From the NCBI GenBank assembly GCA_964291395.2, contig OZ219858.1, forward strand, positions 1,024,001-1,088,000: a DNA stretch of 64,000 bases, in the 5' to 3' direction. The stretch is from Alphaproteobacteria bacterium (GTDB taxonomy: Bacteria; Pseudomonadota; Alphaproteobacteria; UBA2966). Within the stretch, counting starts at the first letter, position 1. Each line of letters begins with the position of its first letter. The notes below the pieces were generated by a model. That model worked only from the letters and a program-made list of their open reading frames with translations. It did not search any database and was not told the DNA's origin. A program made the position numbers and the translations under genes. Shown piece by piece: positions 20,266 to 29,468 of the stretch.

Positions 20266-21012
20266 ATGAGTTTCCCCTGGGACGACCTGTACACGATCGA
20301 AACGCTTATTGCGCTTATCGTTGCCGTTGTTGCCGGCGTCTCCCGCGGATTCACTGGCTTTGGTTCGTCGCTGATCATGGCCCCCATCTATGCCGTGATG
20401 TACGGGCCGGTCGTGACGGTGGGAACGGTTCTGGCCCTCGAAGTGGCGGTCTCCGTCGACTCCGTGACACGCGTGGCCCGTATCATTCCGTGGCGGACGA
20501 TGATCCCCGTTTGGATAGCGGCGTGGATCGCGGTTCCGTTCGGGACGTGGGTGCTCCTGATCGCCGACGCGGATGTCATGCGCCGGGCTATCTCGTTGAT
20601 CGTGGCTCTTCTCGCGATTCTGCTGATGGCAGGCTGGCGCTACCCCGGCCCTCACCGCCTGATTCCGAACCTCTGTGTCGGAACGCTGAGCGGCATCTTG
20701 AATTCATCGACCAGCCTCGGCGGGCCACCCCTCATTTTCTATATGCTGATGGGACCCGGCTCGACGGCCGCCGCCCGCGCTGCTTTGATCGCCAACGTCT
20801 TCGTAGTCAGCGTTCCAACCGTCGTCATACTGCTGTGGAACGGGACGCTGGACGCACTCGCGTTGTGGCGAACCGCGATCGTGTTTCCCTTCTTCCTGGT
20901 CGCGACCCAGATCGGCAACCGCATTTTTCACGCGTCGCGGGAAAAGACCTATCGCCGCGCCTCGGCGTGGCTCTTGCTCATCGTCGCGGTCGGTACCTTC
21001 GTCGCGGAATGA
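20266..21012 (+). CDS. TauE/SafE family membrane protein
   Basis: AGVSRGFTGFGS, LGGPP, hydrophobic. Confidence 0.87.
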   Translation: MSFPWDDLYTIETLIALIVAVVAGVSRGFTGFGSSLIMAPIYAVMYGPVVTVGTVLALEVAVSVDSVTRVARIIPWRTMIPVWIAAWIAVPFGTWVLLIADADVMRRAISLIVALLAILLMAGWRYPGPHRLIPNLCVGTLSGILNSSTSLGGPPLIFYMLMGPGSTAAARAALIANVFVVSVPTVVILLWNGTLDALALWRTAIVFPFFLVATQIGNRIFHASREKTYRRASAWLLLIVAVGTFVAE

Positions 21013-21116
21013 GTAGCGGCCGCGACGCGTCCGGTCCGGTCGGTTGAATTCCGTCGATGTTGTCGACATCATCGAGGAGAACGGCGTATCCGCCGTATCG
21101 CTCAAGGAACTCCGGG

Positions 21117-22682
21117 ATGGTGTCGCCAAGCAGGAGCAATTCGACGAGCCGACCCAGCCGGGCGGCGAAAATCCGTGCAGGCCTTGACCATCCGGTGGTC
21201 GACGCGGATGGGCACATGCTGGAATATGCCCCGGTCTTTCTCGACTTCCTCAAGCAGGTGGCGGGAGCGGATACGGTCAAGCGTTACGCGGCGAACTCCA
21301 AGAGGTCGCGGGCCAATCTCTGGCACACGATGTCGAGGCGCCAAGTTCGGGATTACCGGATCGGGCGGCCGCCGTTTTGGGCCGTCGCCGCCGCCCACAC
21401 GCTCGATCGGGCGACGTCCATGCTGCCCGGCTTGCTGCGCGACAGGCTCGACGAACTCGGATTCGACTACACCATCGTGTATCCGACGTTCGGATTCTTC
21501 TTGATCGATGAACCGGACGAAGAACTGCGCCGGGCGTGTTGCCGGGCTCACAACACCATGACCGCCGATATGTTCGGCCCGCACGCCGATCGCATGACTC
21601 CGGCGGCCTGCATCCCAACGGGCACGCCGGTGGAGGCCGTCGAGGAACTCGAGCATGCCGTAAAGACACTCGATCTCAAGGTTGCGATGGTGGCCAGCCT
21701 GTTTCATCGGCCGATCAAGGCGGCTCCTCACGTCGAAGACGACCCGCGTCTGCAGGCGTACTGGATCGACAACCTCGCCGTCGACAGCGAGTACGATTAC
21801 GACCCTTTCTGGGCGAAATGCGTTGAACTCGGCATTGCGCCGACCGCTCATTCTCACCTCCAGGGACACGGACACCGCCGTTCGGTGAACAACTATCTTT
21901 ACAATCAGATCGGCCACTTCGCGGATGCCGGTGAAGCGTCCGCCAAGGCGGTGTTCCTTGGCGGTGTGACCCGGCGATTCCCCGAGCTCAATTTCGCATT
22001 TCTCGAAGGCGGAGCGGTCTGGGCGTGCGGCCTGTATGCCACGCTGGTCAGCGCATGGAGAAAACGGGGGGCGCACGCCATCGGCCAGTTCGATCCTTCC
22101 AGGATCGACTTCGACGAACTCGGCGAGTATTTCGACAAGTACGGCGGGGAGTCGTTCTCGCGTGCGCTCGGTGGGCGGGTCACCAACGAAACCAAGCGGC
22201 TCGGGTATGTCAACGTGTCCTCCGACGGCACGACCAGCAAGGCCGATCTGGACCGTCTGGATGATTTTGCGGCCTGTCAGATCGAAAAGGCCGAGGACAT
22301 CATCGATCTTTTCGTCGAGCCGTTCTACTTCGGCTGCGAGGCGGACGATCCCATGGCCGCGGTCGCCTTCCGCGGCAAGGGACTCCCGTTCGATGTCAAG
22401 CTGAAAGCCGTGTTCGGTTCGGACATCGGCCACTGGGACGTGCCCGAAATGCGGGAGGTGCTGGAAGAAGCCTTCGAACTGGTAGAGGACGGGCTCATGG
22501 AAGAGGACGATTTCCGAGATTTCATGTTCACCAATCCCGTCACGCTGCACGCACGGGGCAATCCCAGCTTCTTCAAGGGTACCATCGTCGAGGACGCGGT
22601 GGACAAGCTATTGATCGAGGAGGCCGGCAAAACCGGGAAGAGACGGTCCAAGGGAAAGAAAGCGATCGCGCAGTCCGCGTGA
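21117..22682 (+). CDS. Amidohydrolase_2 family metal-dependent hydrolase/decarboxylase; start uncertain
   Basis: VDADGH, YDPFW, RRFPEL.FAFLEGG, FGSDIGHWD. Confidence 0.88.
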   Translation: MVSPSRSNSTSRPSRAAKIRAGLDHPVVDADGHMLEYAPVFLDFLKQVAGADTVKRYAANSKRSRANLWHTMSRRQVRDYRIGRPPFWAVAAAHTLDRATSMLPGLLRDRLDELGFDYTIVYPTFGFFLIDEPDEELRRACCRAHNTMTADMFGPHADRMTPAACIPTGTPVEAVEELEHAVKTLDLKVAMVASLFHRPIKAAPHVEDDPRLQAYWIDNLAVDSEYDYDPFWAKCVELGIAPTAHSHLQGHGHRRSVNNYLYNQIGHFADAGEASAKAVFLGGVTRRFPELNFAFLEGGAVWACGLYATLVSAWRKRGAHAIGQFDPSRIDFDELGEYFDKYGGESFSRALGGRVTNETKRLGYVNVSSDGTTSKADLDRLDDFAACQIEKAEDIIDLFVEPFYFGCEADDPMAAVAFRGKGLPFDVKLKAVFGSDIGHWDVPEMREVLEEAFELVEDGLMEEDDFRDFMFTNPVTLHARGNPSFFKGTIVEDAVDKLLIEEAGKTGKRRSKGKKAIAQSA

Positions 22683-22733
22683 CGGCATTCCCGGTGACGT
22701 CGCTTCACAAGCAACAAACCAGGGAGGAGAGAC

Positions 22734-23366
22734 ATGGCCGCCAATCTGAACGTCAGCATGGAAGCCTGGAACGACGGCGAGCCCATCCCGGAAGAGTACG
22801 CATTTTGCGTGCCTGCCGACGAAGGCCACGTCACCATGGGCGCCAACCTGAGCCCGGCGATGCGCTGGTCGGGCGCACCCGACGATACCAAGTCGTACGC
22901 CATCATCTGCAACGATCCTGACGTTCCCTCCGTCGCCGACGACGTCAATCAGGAGGGCAAGATCATCCCGGCCGACTTGCCTCGGGTCGATTTCTGCCAT
23001 TGGGTGCTTGTCGACGTGCCCGCCGACGTCACGTCGCTGGACAAAGGTGCGGAGTCCGGGGGCGTCGCGCCCGGGGGTAAACCCCACGGGCCAACGGACC
23101 ATGGCGTTCGCGGAATCAACCGCTACACGGAATGGTTCGAGGGCGACGAGCAGATGGCGGGTAGCTACGGGGGGTACGACGGTCCCTGCCCGCCCTGGAA
23201 CGACACCATCCTGCACCACTACGTCTTCACGGTGTATGCCCTTGATGTCGAAAGCCTCGGCTTGAGTGGGACCTTTAGCTGCAAGGAGGCACTCGAGGCG
23301 ATGGAAGGGCATGTCCTGGCGGAAGGGTCCTGTACCGGGACTTACACCCTCAATCCCGATTTGTGA
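22734..23366 (+). CDS. YbhB/YbcL PEBP family protein
   Basis: NLSP...W, DPDVP, HWVL, YDGPCPP, HHYVF. Confidence 0.93.
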   Translation: MAANLNVSMEAWNDGEPIPEEYAFCVPADEGHVTMGANLSPAMRWSGAPDDTKSYAIICNDPDVPSVADDVNQEGKIIPADLPRVDFCHWVLVDVPADVTSLDKGAESGGVAPGGKPHGPTDHGVRGINRYTEWFEGDEQMAGSYGGYDGPCPPWNDTILHHYVFTVYALDVESLGLSGTFSCKEALEAMEGHVLAEGSCTGTYTLNPDL

Positions 23367-23445
23367 TAGCCGTCGAACGGATTGCGTCCGTTAACTGCCA
23401 TGAAGGCCGCGACGTGGTTCGCCGCTGACCGCTGGAATAGTCGTC

Positions 23446-24300
23446 TCAGGCGGCGATGATCGCGGCTCCGGTCACTTGGGTCCGGTGCATCGTGCGGCGT
23501 GAGTCCGCGGGAAACGCGTTTCGACGGTGCATGACACAGCGATTGTCCCAAATGATCAGGTCACCCGTCCGCCACTCATGGGTCCACACGTACTTCCGTT
23601 GGGTGGCATGTGCCCAAAGCGCATCGAGGAGCTTCTCGCTTTCCTCCGCGTCCATGCCAACGATGTATTGCTTGGGGCGGCGCCCCAAATAGAGAACCGG
23701 CCGGTCAGTGTCGGGATGACGGCGCATCAGCGGATGGCGCGCGTGCGGTGACTCTGTTCGCACCCCCGCCACCTCCACCGAACGTTGCGGGGCGCCGGCG
23801 CTGTCATAGGTGCCATCCTGGTGCGCCGATTTGCCTGCGATCGCCGACCGCAAATGCTCGGGCAGCTCCGACGTCGCCGAGTACATATTGCAGAATTCGG
23901 TCTCGCCGCCCTCTGACGACACTTCCAGGGCATGGAGAATGCTGGCCTTGGGTGGCACGGGGTGGTTGGACATGTCCGTATGCCAGCGCAGCTCTCCGTC
24001 GCCCAGGCTACCCATCGGCTCGCCGTCGACGATGACGTTGGAAACGATGATGAGTTCCGGATGTTCCGCCGAGTACTGCTTTCCCGTCGCATTGGGGGGA
24101 CAAAGATCCAAGTCGCCGAAGTAACGGCTGAAACTGATCAGTTCCGGGTCGGAGATGAACTGGTTGCGGAAAAGCAAGACCAGGTGTTCGGACCAGGCGT
24201 CCATGATTGTCCCGGCGTCCGCCGGGTCGAGCGCTTGAGAGAGATCCGCGCCGCGAATCTCGGCTCCCAGTGCCTTGCCGGTGGGAATCACTTCGATCAT
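23446..24300 (-). CDS. TauD/TfdA Fe(II)/2-oxoglutarate dioxygenase
   Basis: LGAEI, WHTD, GGETEF, WDNRCVMHR, R.MHR. Confidence 0.94.
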   Translation of the reverse strand: MIEVIPTGKALGAEIRGADLSQALDPADAGTIMDAWSEHLVLLFRNQFISDPELISFSRYFGDLDLCPPNATGKQYSAEHPELIIVSNVIVDGEPMGSLGDGELRWHTDMSNHPVPPKASILHALEVSSEGGETEFCNMYSATSELPEHLRSAIAGKSAHQDGTYDSAGAPQRSVEVAGVRTESPHARHPLMRRHPDTDRPVLYLGRRPKQYIVGMDAEESEKLLDALWAHATQRKYVWTHEWRTGDLIIWDNRCVMHRRNAFPADSRRTMHRTQVTGAAIIAA

Positions 24301-24415
24301 GACCTTGTCCTTTGACGACTACGATGGTCGGTGCGCAACGCCGGCTGCCGAGCATACGATTTTTCCAGATCTGACGGCCCGGTTAAAGGGGCCAAAGACG
24401 AAACGAGTTGTGCGC

Positions 24416-25948
24416 TCACTGGCCTACGCTTCGCGCAACGCGGAACCCGAAATTGTAATTGCGGTACTCCAGGATGTACCGGGCTCGCTTGGCGGATCGG
24501 ACATTCTTCGGATGGCTCCCCCAGGCACCGCCTCGCATCACGCGGCGCCCGCAGTTTCCGCTCAACCAGGGCGAACCGTCCCGGGGCGCGCCCCGATAGC
24601 TGTCGTTCCAGCAGTCTTCGACCCATTCCCAGACGTTTCCATGAACGTCGTGCAAACCGAATTCATTTGGTGCAAAGCTGCCGACGGGAAGCGTTCGCTT
24701 GCGGTACACGCCTCTCTCGCCTTCCCCATATGACGACGTCCCGTTGTAGTTCGCTTGGTCCGACGTGATTGTCTGGCCCACGTGGAATGGTGACCGCGTG
24801 CCCGCCCGGGCCGCGTATTCCCATTCCGCTTCGCTCGGCAGCCGATAGATCTGGCCGGTCTTCTCGCTAAGCCAAGCGGCGTACGCCTTCGCCGTGTTCC
24901 AGCTGATGCAGACGACGGGATCGTTCTCGCCCTGCGGATACCCGGGATCGCGCCAGCTCTTCGACGTGTCCAAGCGGCCGCCCGAGCCGACCCGCACGAA
25001 GCAGGAGCCTCCCCCTGCGTGTCCCGTTTCTTCGACGAAGGATGTGAATTCTCCTCGCGTCACCTCGAATCTGCCCATGGCGAACGAGGCCACCATGACT
25101 TCGTGCTTCGGTCCCTCCACGTCGTCCCGAAACGGCTCGTCCGGCGGCGAACCCATGACGAATGCGCCGCCCGGCACCACCACCATCTCCGGGCACACGT
25201 CGCAGTCTCTGAATGTCGTGCCGGGTGGCAGATCCGGCAACAGCAGCAGGAAGGTCCCGAGAGCGGCGAATACCAGGAGCGATATGCCCATCGCCACCAG
25301 CCGCCACCTCGGGAGACGGACAGGTCCCGTCGCCAGGGGGACAAGATCCCCCGTGCCTTGAAGCGCGCCGGTGGCCGGGGCGGTCACGGGTTCGAGCCCC
25401 ACGTGACGCAGGACTTCGTCGGCGTTGCGCACGCCCAGGATCCCTTCAACGCCGGCTATGCCGTGATCGGCGACGTCCTCCAGATTCGCTGCGGGAACGA
25501 CCAGCGTGACGGGAGATTTCTCCGCGACGCGGCCGGAAAAATGCTCGCGCGTCGCGTGAAGCTTCTCTCTCATGAAATCCGCTTTTCCCACCCGCAGATC
25601 AACGTCGACGGTTCCGGTGATCCACAGGGTTGCGCCTGCGTCCTCACCGGGTCCCGCAAGGCGACCCGCCCTATCCAACGCGTGCGCGACCAATACGGGC
25701 AGCTGCCAGGAATTGCCGTCGCCGATTTCGCCCGAGGCGTCCAACCGGAAGCCACCGGGCTCGAACGGGCCCAGGACCCGCTCGATCACACCCGAGGGTT
25801 GGCGAACGAAATCATCGTAATCGGAGCTGATGGGCAGAACCGATGTCGTCCGGCCCAGGCAAACCTGCGAAATGGGCGCCGCCTCGCGCGTGATCCGCTC
25901 GATCTGAACGGGCTCTTTCGTGGTTGCGGCGAAGACGTGAACCTTCAT
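24416..25948 (-). CDS. Lon-like Ser/Lys protease domain + single TM + FGE-sulfatase (C-type-lectin fold) domain
   Basis: N-term DGNS80W, ITGTVDVDLRV...REK129, VPAANLED; TM ~217-237; C-term FRDCDVCPEMV, RLPSEAEWEYAAR, FGLHDVHGNVWEW, RGGAW, GFRVAR. Confidence 0.8.
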   Translation of the reverse strand: MKVHVFAATTKEPVQIERITREAAPISQVCLGRTTSVLPISSDYDDFVRQPSGVIERVLGPFEPGGFRLDASGEIGDGNSWQLPVLVAHALDRAGRLAGPGEDAGATLWITGTVDVDLRVGKADFMREKLHATREHFSGRVAEKSPVTLVVPAANLEDVADHGIAGVEGILGVRNADEVLRHVGLEPVTAPATGALQGTGDLVPLATGPVRLPRWRLVAMGISLLVFAALGTFLLLLPDLPPGTTFRDCDVCPEMVVVPGGAFVMGSPPDEPFRDDVEGPKHEVMVASFAMGRFEVTRGEFTSFVEETGHAGGGSCFVRVGSGGRLDTSKSWRDPGYPQGENDPVVCISWNTAKAYAAWLSEKTGQIYRLPSEAEWEYAARAGTRSPFHVGQTITSDQANYNGTSSYGEGERGVYRKRTLPVGSFAPNEFGLHDVHGNVWEWVEDCWNDSYRGAPRDGSPWLSGNCGRRVMRGGAWGSHPKNVRSAKRARYILEYRNYNFGFRVARSVGQ

Positions 25949-26496
25949 CCGTCGATGAATATCTCGCTTCCGGGATCACGAAGCGCCGCCAGCACTTCCG
26001 AATCGTTTTCGACGAGAATTTGGATCAATCCGGCGTGGGGTTCCGGCAGCGCAACCCGTCGGCACGTATTGTCGCCGACGAACACCGCCAGCCATCTCGG
26101 ATGACGGCCCGGATCATCCAAGGAGATGATGATGTACGTCTGCGCCGGCTCGGCGCGTGATTCTTCAAAACGAATGCGGCAGCCGGGGGCCACGCGTTGC
26201 GCGACGCCTCCCGCGGCTGCGGCGGCGAGTTCGGGGATATGATAGCAGGCAATCTTTTCGGTGAGGCGCCGCAATTCGGCGCGAAGTGCGGAACTTTCCC
26301 GAAGTGCGGTCTCGAGGTTCGGGTCTCTTGGGCGCGCCTCGGTAACGTAAACGTAGAGACGCCGCAGCGTGACGTGCTCACCGAACTCCATTCCATCGAT
26401 CGAGACGCCCAGCGCCGCTTCCGTCGCAAGCACGTCGAATGTCCGCTCGGCAACCGCAAGAGTGTCATCGTCGGGTAGCTCAAACCGTTCGCTCAT
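25945..26496 (-). CDS. Hypothetical protein, anti-sigma-like with LAAAAA linker
   Basis: ATGA overlaps on both sides; helical N-half, PELAAAAAG, beta-rich C-half. The ORF is well supported; the function is inferred. Confidence 0.75.
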   Translation of the reverse strand: MSERFELPDDDTLAVAERTFDVLATEAALGVSIDGMEFGEHVTLRRLYVYVTEARPRDPNLETALRESSALRAELRRLTEKIACYHIPELAAAAAGGVAQRVAPGCRIRFEESRAEPAQTYIIISLDDPGRHPRWLAVFVGDNTCRRVALPEPHAGLIQILVENDSEVLAALRDPGSEIFIDG

Positions 26497-28010
26497 CGTT
26501 CGACCCCATAGATACGAGCAAACTGTTTGCTGAACACGTCATGATCGTATGCGAACTGATCGTCGAGATCAGTCCCTTCCTCCACCGATTGTTTCAATAC
26601 CCGCAGAAATGCATGGATTTGATCGCTAATCGCCGCCAGTGCTCCGGCACCGACTTCGTACACGACACCCGATCCGCGTTCACCCACGACCGCGTCCTCG
26701 AAGCCCCTGCGCGAGATTCCCGCAAAGGCCCGTTTCGCTACATCCCGCGCCTCCTCGAGCCGCTCGTCTTCGGACGCTCGTTCCGCAGCGTCATCCGCCT
26801 GGAGAGCCACGTGGAGCGCTGCCCGCAATGCGTTGTTCACGCGCTCGTCCAGCACGACGAGCCGGTCATGCCATTCCCGGTACGTCTCGGCGCCGGCGCA
26901 GGCGATGAGCTCGCTCAAGGTGTCGCCAGTATCCCGCCGCCTTGCAGCTTGTGAAAGCCGGGCCTGTACATCCCCGAAGACTTCGGCACGCAACAGAGAC
27001 CAGGGCAGCCGATGCACGCGCGGTCCGTGCTCCATCAGACGATCCAGAGCCGTCAGGTCCACCTTGTTCAGGAACCGAACGTTCTCGAAGGGCGGCTCTT
27101 GCAACGTCGAAAGCGGGGAGGTCCACAAGGCGGCTGCTTCCGCGTCATCCAGAAGTAGAGCAACGTCGACCTCACCCGCATCCCGATCGGAGCCGATTGA
27201 ACGGGCGCGTTCGACGGCCTCGCGGTCCGTCGCGATCTCGAGGGCCGAGAGGAAAGCCATGTAGGCGTCGAACACGCTCCGAAACAGACGGAAGTTTCCG
27301 GTTTCGCCGTTCAGAGATTTCTCCCGCCAGAACGCCAGGACGGTGGCGTCCTCGACGACCAGCGTTTTCGACTCCGACCTCGCGTAATCGAGCAGCTCCT
27401 GAAACTTGCCCTGCATCTGAACGCTTGGAAGGTGTTCCTTCAGGTACGCATACAGGCGCCGTTCGATTCCATTCGCTGCGCTCCGGACGCCGCGGTCCGT
27501 CATGGGTGGTTCCAGCATGGTGTGGAACTCATCGTCGACAGCGGCGTAACCGATGGTGCCGCAGAGAAATTCGAACAAGGCGGCGAGAACCGGCATTCCG
27601 GCAAATCCCACGTTGAAGACACCGTCGTCGTAGCGCACGGCAACGCCGTCTGCCGTCAGTTCGCATCCGGGACGCCGCCAACCCCGATTAGTCACGGCGT
27701 TCTGGATCCAGCCTCGGAATCCGGAACCGGTAGCACGTTCCGGTCCCAGCAACAAATGCTCGTAGGCGCCGCGGCGGGGCGCGCACGAGTCGGCCACGTT
27801 GATCAGGTGGCAAAGCTGCAGGACGGGTACCGCATAGGCGCGGCAGACGACGAGCCGGTTGAGACGACGGCACACCTTGGTGGGATAGTGGGCCGCACCG
27901 TCCGGGGTGGTGGAGTCCGCCACCGCTTGGAGGGCGGCTCGCAGCTCGCCACTCTGTCCCGCCTCCAGGACGAGGCTTGCCGCGCGTTCTATTTCGAGCG
28001 ACATGTTCAC
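26493..28010 (-). CDS. Hypothetical 505-aa mostly helical protein, first gene of the operon
   Basis: GGAGG RBS before GTG/ATG; long ORF; stop overlaps next ATG; no motif recognised. Confidence 0.8.
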   Translation of the reverse strand: MNMSLEIERAASLVLEAGQSGELRAALQAVADSTTPDGAAHYPTKVCRRLNRLVVCRAYAVPVLQLCHLINVADSCAPRRGAYEHLLLGPERATGSGFRGWIQNAVTNRGWRRPGCELTADGVAVRYDDGVFNVGFAGMPVLAALFEFLCGTIGYAAVDDEFHTMLEPPMTDRGVRSAANGIERRLYAYLKEHLPSVQMQGKFQELLDYARSESKTLVVEDATVLAFWREKSLNGETGNFRLFRSVFDAYMAFLSALEIATDREAVERARSIGSDRDAGEVDVALLLDDAEAAALWTSPLSTLQEPPFENVRFLNKVDLTALDRLMEHGPRVHRLPWSLLRAEVFGDVQARLSQAARRRDTGDTLSELIACAGAETYREWHDRLVVLDERVNNALRAALHVALQADDAAERASEDERLEEARDVAKRAFAGISRRGFEDAVVGERGSGVVYEVGAGALAAISDQIHAFLRVLKQSVEEGTDLDDQFAYDHDVFSKQFARIYGVER

Positions 28011-28245
28011 GCCTCCTGCATGGTCAGATCACGTTCAACGCCGGTGGAATTCCTCCTGCCTGCTTTAGTCGGAGGCCGGCCTTCTTGGCAACAGCGGCAT
28101 CGAACTCACGGCCATGGGCCTGGGCGACGCCCCGCTCGGTGACATCCTGGCGCGCGTGGCGCGACTGCCGTGGGTGGGCTAATTTTCGCCATCGGGTGAC
28201 GGATCCGTACCCAATTCAAGCCCGAAAACATCGGAGGGAGCATCT

Positions 28246-28494
28246 ATGTCGTTCTACAAACCGGACCTTGGCGCAAATCCGGACGATCCCTTTGCCCGCG
28301 ATGCCGATGGAAAGCTGGTCAGGCGAGCGTTTTGGCTCGATATGAGCGACCGCTCTCTGGTGCTCGCCATGACCCGGGGAGTTGGCGCCCCTTTGACCGC
28401 GTCGGAAAAACGCGCTCATCTCGAGGACGTCGACCGTTCCCACTTGATCGATGAGGTCTGTACACAGGAAATCCTGCCACCCGAGGGGGAATGA
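28246..28494 (+). CDS. Small hypothetical protein (82 aa), divergent from the operon
   Basis: GGAGGGAG RBS; protein-like sequence. Confidence 0.7.
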   Translation: MSFYKPDLGANPDDPFARDADGKLVRRAFWLDMSDRSLVLAMTRGVGAPLTASEKRAHLEDVDRSHLIDEVCTQEILPPEGE

Positions 28495-28638
28495 CCCCCG
28501 ATCGTGCACGGCAGAGCTGGGCCTGCGGTCGTTGCCGACTGCCGAGGGTTTGTGGACAATGGTGTCGGTGCGGGCTAGAAGGGTGTCGCTGTTTCGGGGT
28601 GTCCGGGATGGTTGAGAGGATTTTGGAGGGGTGGAGCG

Positions 28639-28977
28639 ATGGATGTTGCGACGGAACGGCAGGACGACGTCTTGTCGGTCCTGGTGAGCGGTCGCATTGA
28701 CGGTTCCAATGCTGCGGCGTTCGAGGAGTCGGTTAGAGCGGCGATTTCGGACAGCGACCGAGCGGTGATCATGGACCTTGAGAAGCTTTCTTATATCAGC
28801 AGCGCGGGTCTTCGTGTTTTGCTGATGATTGCCAAGAATCTTTCGGGTCGGGACGCCAAGCTGGCGCTTTGCGCCATGTCGGATCAGATTCGGGAGGTTA
28901 TCGAGATAAGCGGTTTCGACAAGATCATCCCGGTTCACCCGTCCAAGGCCGAGGCGCTTGCGTCCCTGGACGGCTGA
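28639..28977 (+). CDS. STAS-domain anti-anti-sigma factor (RsbV/SpoIIAA-like)
   Basis: GRID, D...LSYISSAGLR with the phospho-acceptor Ser. Confidence 0.93.
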   Translation: MDVATERQDDVLSVLVSGRIDGSNAAAFEESVRAAISDSDRAVIMDLEKLSYISSAGLRVLLMIAKNLSGRDAKLALCAMSDQIREVIEISGFDKIIPVHPSKAEALASLDG

Positions 28978-29045
28978 TCTGGTGGGGTGGGCGTTTTCTG
29001 CGCCTTGTTTGTGGTTCTGGGTGCCGCGACGCGGGGGTCTGAGGG

Positions 29046-29468
29046 ATGGTCGCTGAGGTGTCCTTGCGCATGGGGGCGGCCCGGGAGGAGCTTCCGCGCG
29101 TACACGCGGCGCTTGAGGCGTTTGCGCGGGATGAGGGCTGGCCTTCTCGGCTTGAGTTTCAGATCAAGCTGGTCATCGAGGAGGTGGTCATGAACATCCT
29201 GAGTCATGGGTACGAGGATGGCGGCGATCACGACATCCTGATCGAGCTTGCCTCGGATGCGGAGAAGATCGGCATCGAGATTGTCGACGACGGTCGCCCG
29301 TACGATCCTCTGACGGAGGCGCCGGCACCGGATACCGAGGCGTCTCTCGCGGACCGTCCCGTGGGCGGGCTAGGCGTGTATCTCGTATGCGCGTTGATGG
29401 ACGAGGCCAGCTATCGGCGGGAGGACAACCTCAACCGCCTCGCCCTTACCAAACAAAAACCCGCGTAA
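29046..29468 (+). CDS. RsbW-like anti-sigma factor / Ser kinase (HATPase_c_2)
   Basis: EEVVMNILSHG, DDGRPYDP, GGLGVYLV. Confidence 0.93.
   Translation: MVAEVSLRMGAAREELPRVHAALEAFARDEGWPSRLEFQIKLVIEEVVMNILSHGYEDGGDHDILIELASDAEKIGIEIVDDGRPYDPLTEAPAPDTEASLADRPVGGLGVYLVCALMDEASYRREDNLNRLALTKQKPA

Noticed and set aside
24416-24600. FGE/C-type-lectin C-terminus as a diversity-generating retroelement variable region
   Set aside because: No second copy (template repeat) and no reverse transcriptase seen in the window. A remote DGR cannot be excluded.
24416-25210. FGE domain as the maturase for the two sulfatases
   Set aside because: Catalytic cysteines are absent and the domain lies after a TM in a protease fusion.
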